The notes below the pieces were generated by a model, which was not told the origin of the DNA, ran no database searches, and was given only the letters and a program-made list of their open reading frames with translations. From positions 32,001-96,000 of IMG/VR virus record IMGVR_UViG_3300027586_000003: a stretch of 64,000 bases of DNA. One strand, 5' to 3'. How positions within the stretch are numbered: position 1 is the stretch's first letter; each line of letters begins with the position of its first letter. The translations under genes were made by a program, and so were the position numbers. Source of the stretch: a virus. Of the stretch, positions 59,742 through 64,000 are shown piece after piece.

Positions 59742-60116
59742 TCATCGGGCACTGTTAATCTCCGTCATCGGGCACACGTCGTTTCGATTCGTGATTACCC
59801 TGTCGCCGCTGACCGTGTTTCTGGCGACCTGAGTTCCATACTCGCACTGAACCGGCGGAACCGTCTTCACCCACCCAACGGGCAGATTGAACGTGTAGTC
59901 GAACTGCCGGAAGCTTTCGATGGTTTCCCTGTTGCTCCTACGTGCGACCGGGTTGCCAAGTAGAATCGTCATCTTCACGCTGGCGTTTGGCACTGTGATG
60001 AACACGCCGCTTGGCCGATACCCGCCTCTGGCACGCTCCTGCTGCTGCATCGCTTGAACGAAACCGGCACGCCGGGAAGTGCGGGGTTGCCGGACTCGGT
60101 AAATGAAACCGCTCAC
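59742..60116 (-). CDS. Hypothetical protein
   Basis: GTGA overlap with the HDAC stop; basic. Confidence 0.45.
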   Translation of the reverse strand: MSGFIYRVRQPRTSRRAGFVQAMQQQERARGGYRPSGVFITVPNASVKMTILLGNPVARRSNRETIESFRQFDYTFNLPVGWVKTVPPVQCEYGTQVARNTVSGDRVITNRNDVCPMTEINSAR

Positions 60117-60991
60117 TTGCCACCCCACACTTCCGCCGCCGCCTTGAACGTGCCGACGTGCAACGCCACCACCTTGTCCAAGGTGGAGTAACCACCAGCA
60201 AGATTGAACAGAACCGGGATGCCCGCCGCCTTGAAGTGGCGGAACACCGTCAGGTCACGCTCGTAAATCTGCTCTGTCGTGAGGTTGGCACCACCAAGCG
60301 GGTCATCGCAGTGTGCGTCCATCCCAGCCTGATAAAGAACGATGCCCGGCTTGAAGACCGCCGCTGCCTTGAACGCCCGCCCAAGTGCCTCGGCATACGG
60401 CTTGAAGTCACCCGTCAGCATCACATGGTCAACCACGCTGCGACTGTGCGACTCCGCACCAAACATCGAACCGCAGACCGAGTAGTTGAACAGATTTGGA
60501 AGCGACTTAGCGAACTCCGCCGTGCCATCGCCGCCATGATTATCGCAATCCAACACGAACACCCGGCGACCGGGGGTTTCCTTAGCGACAAGAGCCAACC
60601 CGTTGAACGTGCAGAACCCGCCGCCGTGATTCGGTTGGCTGTGATGAAATCCTTGGCTCACACACGCCGCAATGCCGTGCGCAATCGCCAGCCGTGCGCC
60701 TGAGAGCATCCCGGCATTCATCGCTAACACGCCGTCACGAATCTGCGGACTCCAAGTGAATCCGTTGGAACTCGCCAGTCGGCCCTCTCCACTCACGAAC
60801 GCAGCAACGTAATCCGGGTCGTGAAGCGCATTTAAGCGGGTCACGATTCCCAGCAAGTGCGCCAAGTCCGGCTCCTGCAACTGTGCGTAGCCGAGCTTCG
60901 CCGCTGCCGCCGCCACCGGGGCCAGCTTACGCATGGACGGGGTCGGCGTGTTGGCCGCAAACTTCGGGCTGAATACCGTTTGGATTTTCAC
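60113..60991 (-). CDS. Histone deacetylase family (AcuC/AphA-like) Zn amidohydrolase
   Basis: H..DYV, GFHH....GGGFCTFN, LDCDNHGGDGT, YQAG.D.H.DDPLG, AGGY. Confidence 0.9.
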   Translation of the reverse strand: MKIQTVFSPKFAANTPTPSMRKLAPVAAAAAKLGYAQLQEPDLAHLLGIVTRLNALHDPDYVAAFVSGEGRLASSNGFTWSPQIRDGVLAMNAGMLSGARLAIAHGIAACVSQGFHHSQPNHGGGFCTFNGLALVAKETPGRRVFVLDCDNHGGDGTAEFAKSLPNLFNYSVCGSMFGAESHSRSVVDHVMLTGDFKPYAEALGRAFKAAAVFKPGIVLYQAGMDAHCDDPLGGANLTTEQIYERDLTVFRHFKAAGIPVLFNLAGGYSTLDKVVALHVGTFKAAAEVWGGK

Positions 60992-61173
60992 TGTGTCACA
61001 ATCCTTTTCCCCGCAACGTGCGGAATTCCACGGCGCACCAACTCTGCCGCCACAAGCGGCTCATTCTCGTGAACGCCGCCGTTGAGAGTCCGGCGAAGGA
61101 ACTGCATCACGTTCCAAGTGGCGACAACCTCACGGCTTGTCATTTCACTTAATTCAGAATTCAGTTTTAACAT
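60988..61173 (-). CDS. Hypothetical protein (61 aa)
   Basis: Leaderless start MLKLNSEL at 61173; GTGA overlap with the HDAC gene. Confidence 0.55.
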   Translation of the reverse strand: MLKLNSELSEMTSREVVATWNVMQFLRRTLNGGVHENEPLVAAELVRRGIPHVAGKRIVTQ

Positions 61174-61179
61174 GGCGTG

Positions 61180-61208
61180 ACTCTCGCACTTCGACCGGCT
61201 TCTGTCAA
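61180..61208 (-). promoter_or_regulatory. Early-type leaderless promoter TTGACA-N17-GAGAGT-N6-ATG
   Basis: Member of the repeated family. Confidence 0.6.
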
Positions 61209-61219
61209 GTGTATTGTTT

Positions 61220-61414
61220 TCAATCGCCCCAATCTTTTCGGTCTTCCTCGCCGTCGTAGGCCGCACGATACTCCGCAATCTCGGCGGGCGTCATCTTGTC
61301 CTCTTCAACCCGCTGACTGTCAGCGGTGATATAGTGCGGGCATGGCAAGCGGTTATACCAAGCATCCGCTGAACCTCTGTCGGCGGGGCAGCCGTGGCGT
61401 GGCCGACCGCTCAT
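61220..61414 (-). CDS. Conserved small phage protein
   Basis: HG.P.DRGSADAWY.R...PHY...MT..EI.EY...Y.....KDW. Confidence 0.65.
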   Translation of the reverse strand: MSGRPRHGCPADRGSADAWYNRLPCPHYITADSQRVEEDKMTPAEIAEYRAAYDGEEDRKDWGD

Positions 61415-61641
61415 GCGAACCTCCGGGGCGTGACCGCCGCCATCATGGACTGATGCTGCCGATGGTCGAAGGCCAGCGGGCCAGCCGGATAGTGTTCACG
61501 GCAGAACTCGTCCACGGGGTCGGCGGGCTGGCGGGCCGGGTCGTAGAAGCGCAGCACCGAATGAAGGGCGTGCTTTGCGGACTTGCCGCACTTGCAACAG
61601 GAATTCCACTCCGTCGGTGAACCATCAATCTCGTAATACAT
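61411..61641 (-). CDS. Small Cys/His-rich protein
   Basis: CCKCG...FCREH. Confidence 0.55.
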   Translation of the reverse strand: MYYEIDGSPTEWNSCCKCGKSAKHALHSVLRFYDPARQPADPVDEFCREHYPAGPLAFDHRQHQSMMAAVTPRRFA

Positions 61642-61647
61642 GGTGCG

Positions 61648-61675
61648 ACCTTACACCATGCGTGCAGCCTGTCAA
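61648..61675 (-). promoter_or_regulatory. Early-type leaderless promoter TTGACA-N16-TAAGGT-N6-ATG
   Basis: Member of the repeated family. Confidence 0.6.
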
Positions 61676-61688
61676 GTGTATTTGTTTG

Positions 61689-62174
61689 TCAATCTTTGAA
61701 CTTGTAGGAACAGGAAGGGCAGACGTGATGCTTGGCCTCTTTCGGCTCTGCTTCAGCGTCGTCAGCGGGCGGGTCATCAAATCCAAGGCCAAGCTCAACA
61801 TCGCTGAACCCCCACGCTTTCAGGTCGTCCAGTTCAAAATTGTTGGCGAGCACGTCGTAGTTCCACTCGCCCGTGTTTTTGTTGAGCCGAACCACAAGCT
61901 CTTTGAACTCCGCTGCGGTCAGTGGACGGCTCGGCACCCGCACGTCAATCACAGTGTCCGCCATCCCAAGCTCAATCATCACCCGCACCCGCTGGTGTCC
62001 GCCGATGAGCCGGTTGTCGGGGTTGACGATGGGAACGTCAGCCAGCCCGAACTTCTGCAACGACTCGGTGAGCAGCCGGTGCTGGTCGGCGGTCAACTGG
62101 CGCGGGTTGTATTCGTAGGGCGTCAGGTCGCGCACCTTGCGCTTCTCCGTTGTCCACGTAATCGGTTCACTCAT
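61689..62174 (-). CDS. ParB N-terminal domain protein
   Basis: LTPYEYNPR, SLQKFG...PIVN, IGGHQRV, LNKNTGEW; ATG 62174. Confidence 0.85.
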   Translation of the reverse strand: MSEPITWTTEKRKVRDLTPYEYNPRQLTADQHRLLTESLQKFGLADVPIVNPDNRLIGGHQRVRVMIELGMADTVIDVRVPSRPLTAAEFKELVVRLNKNTGEWNYDVLANNFELDDLKAWGFSDVELGLGFDDPPADDAEAEPKEAKHHVCPSCSYKFKD

Positions 62175-62181
62175 AATCTGG

Positions 62182-62355
62182 TCACTTGGCCTTGGCGTGA
62201 CGTTCCTTGGGCACCACCACTGCCAGACCTTCCACCAACTCAGCCCCTTCGCTTGTCGCAATGATGGTGACGTGCGGATGGTAGCTGCGCAGGAGCGCGA
62301 GCAACGGCTTCGTGGCCTTGGCGAGTTCCTTGATTTGCTTTTGGTTCAGTATCAT
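62182..62355 (-). CDS. Small hypothetical protein (57 aa)
   Basis: Manual translation MILNQKQIKELAKATKPLLALLRSYHPHVTII...; lies directly after a promoter. Confidence 0.6.
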   Translation of the reverse strand: MILNQKQIKELAKATKPLLALLRSYHPHVTIIATSEGAELVEGLAVVVPKERHAKAK

Positions 62356-62360
62356 AGGAC

Positions 62361-62389
62361 ACTTTTGATTTTAGAAGCGAGCCAGTCAA
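62361..62389 (-). promoter_or_regulatory. Early-type leaderless promoter TTGACT-N17-AAAAGT-N5-ATG
   Basis: Member of the repeated family. Confidence 0.6.
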
Positions 62390-62419
62390 GTGTTTTCTTT
62401 GAAGCGGTGCGTGGTCAAA

Positions 62420-62461
62420 TGGTTGGCCCGGTCGGGTTCTTACCGACAACCTTACGGGCCG
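62420..62461 (-). ncRNA. tRNA-like minihelix (acceptor stem, T arm and ACCA end)
   Basis: C-GGCCCG-TAAGGTT-GTCGG-TAAGAAC-CCGAC-CGGGCC-A-ACCA. Confidence 0.45.
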
Positions 62462-62601
62462 AAAGTTTCCGCGCCGTTCCACAACAGGTGGAGTCCGCTA
62501 CTGGATTAGTTGCATTTCAATGGTGAAGCGAACGCGGCGCGAAAAGTGGTTGGCAACCGGAGCGGAACTAAGCGTCGTTACTGCCCAAGGTTAGGCAGCA
62601 A

Positions 62602-62940
62602 TCACGCCAGCTTCATTTCCATCACGTCAAGTGCGGCGGACTGAATGACCGCCCGCAACATGGGCTTCAGCTTCTTGCGGCCCTTCAGGATGCTGATGAA
62701 ATTCATCGCGGCTTCGTAGGCTCCGCACTTACGCTGCTTCATGTCCTTCACAATGAGGCTCCGCCACGTTCCAACGCGGGTGTGATACCGCTCACCCCAA
62801 GCCGTCTTGAGTTGGCGACGCTCCGCCTCCATGCGGTGTGCGTGCTTTCGTATTAAGATGTTAGGCCCAGCCTGAACCGGCGTGATAATACGAGACGAGG
62901 CGCGGGTAAGAATGCGGTTTTCAGGCTCTAAGTTCTGCAT
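62602..62940 (-). CDS. Basic hypothetical protein
   Basis: 112 aa; AACCAAACCAAAT leader. Confidence 0.6.
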   Translation of the reverse strand: MQNLEPENRILTRASSRIITPVQAGPNILIRKHAHRMEAERRQLKTAWGERYHTRVGTWRSLIVKDMKQRKCGAYEAAMNFISILKGRKKLKPMLRAVIQSAALDVMEMKLA

Positions 62941-63042
62941 AGCTTATTTGGTTTGGTTATTGAGGGGTGTGTAAATTGAGTCTGACCGTGGAGCCTCACC
63001 GCGCATCGGAGGCGTTCAACAGCCCAGTTGTCAGACTTGAAA

Positions 63043-63168
63043 TTACTTTTTCACCGCGTCAATAACGCTGCCCACTTTTTCAACGATGCTTTTGTTGCGG
63101 CGGCTGAACAAAAGGCATCCAACAAAACCCACAGCCGCTCCAGCAACGAACGTAAACACGTATGACAT
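63043..63168 (-). CDS. Small single-TM membrane protein (41 aa)
   Basis: Manual translation MSYVFTFVAGAAVGFVGCLLFSRRNKSIVEKVGSVIDAVKK. Confidence 0.55.
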   Translation of the reverse strand: MSYVFTFVAGAAVGFVGCLLFSRRNKSIVEKVGSVIDAVKK

Positions 63169-63218
63169 AGGATGGATTGATACTCGACGCGGTTCAACTC
63201 AGTCAACCGCAAAAGGAA

Positions 63219-63617
63219 TGGACACGGTGGGAGTCGAACCCACGTCCTACAAATGTTCAAACGTCACATCCACACGCTTCCCTTGACTGCCCGCCGTCGC
63301 AGCCCGCCAAGGATGGCTGTAGCGACGTTTTTGTGGGCTTGGATACGTCAGAGTGCCGCCCTTGCACCCCGCTCCGTCCTGCTATCTTCAGCGCATCGCC
63401 TTAGCAGGCGTCCAGCGTGCGCTGTCGGGGCTGATTAAGCCGCGAGAGCTTCCTCGACGAAGCCGAACCGTGCGAGAATCGCATCGGCCTCGGCCAGTGA
63501 GGGAGCCATGTCTAGTGCGTTAGCATTTGACTGGTGATTGGAGATTTAACGAGGCCAACAATCATCCTCGGCGTGTCGCGCCGTCCTAGTTTTCGTAGTC
63601 AAAACCATGACGTGCCC
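63219..63617 (-). ncRNA. ssrA: tmRNA
   Basis: 5' GGGCACG-TCATGGTTTTGAC pairs with 3' CGTGTCC-A including G3:U70; T arm GTGGG-TTCGACT-CCCAC; pk1-like GCCGAGG...GGCCTCG; tag ORF 63524-63435 ending EEALAA*. Confidence 0.92.
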
Positions 63618-64000
63618 GTAAAAAGTTGAAGCCTTCTGATTGGTGGTCATCCAGCTTCAGGGGACGCAGCGGTTTCCCGTGCGCTTCCACCACTCGCCGG
63701 GTGACTGGCAAGACGGTTCACAACGCTTGAAAGCGTTTACTTCGCCATTAAATCGTTGTCGCCCGCACCTTCAAGCAGCCTGCAACGGCTGGTTGCCACG
63801 GTGACGACACTTAGCCGCTTCTTAGCCGTTGACCGAAGTCGGTTGCACGACTGCGGGCGGCGTCTGCGGCTACGTTGTGGACTCAGTTGCAGGTTACAAG
63901 TGCCTGCGGCTTGCCTCCGTTAGCGGGAGGCCGCTCTGAATCCGAAAAGTATACAAGTTGAGGAATTTTACCCCGCTTTTTTAGAGTCACACTACTTGTC

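Noticed and set aside
62520-62600. Possible full-length tRNA genes ending in ACCA
   Set aside because: I could not build a cloverleaf with a credible T loop and anticodon arm.
63051-63438. Short ORF-track entries over the tmRNA region
   Set aside because: They are explained by the tmRNA structure and a separate 41-aa membrane ORF.

Overview
This window is a 64-kb segment of a large tailed phage (siphovirus-like, with a Mu-like head module). Essentially every gene is on the minus strand. Reading in the direction of transcription (high to low coordinates): (1) an RNA cluster containing a tmRNA without encoded CCA, a tRNA-like minihelix and other structured elements; (2) an early/accessory block with ParB, a histone-deacetylase-family enzyme, a GNAT-tipped 1097-aa protein, a PAPS-reductase cassette, HNH, RusA, an SF2 helicase and DUF932, driven by repeated TTGAC-N16/17-nAnnnT promoters that are mostly leaderless; (3) head genes (Mu-like prohead protease, scaffold, cement, major capsid, gp36/DUF1320 adaptor) interleaved with large multidomain cargo-like proteins; (4) neck and tail-tube genes, a 2499-aa fibre, a 3351-aa protein with eight beta-propellers and a tape measure that runs off the window. 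The most striking feature is a modular system. About 15 copies of a G(Q/K)(P/A)CG(D/E/A)S(F/H)I-x5-C(H/R)VG tag occur across six genes, each just after a (L/I/V/F/M/Y)-x-N site, and the same site saturates the scaffold protein. These sites separate enzyme modules: four ART-PolyVal-like domains, an inorganic pyrophosphatase, ParB/Srx, a CCA-adding enzyme with HD domain, a PI3/4-type kinase and a GNAT. I infer capsid-packaged polyproteins that are cut by the prohead protease into tagged effectors. All domain calls come from motifs recognised by eye; no database searches were run.
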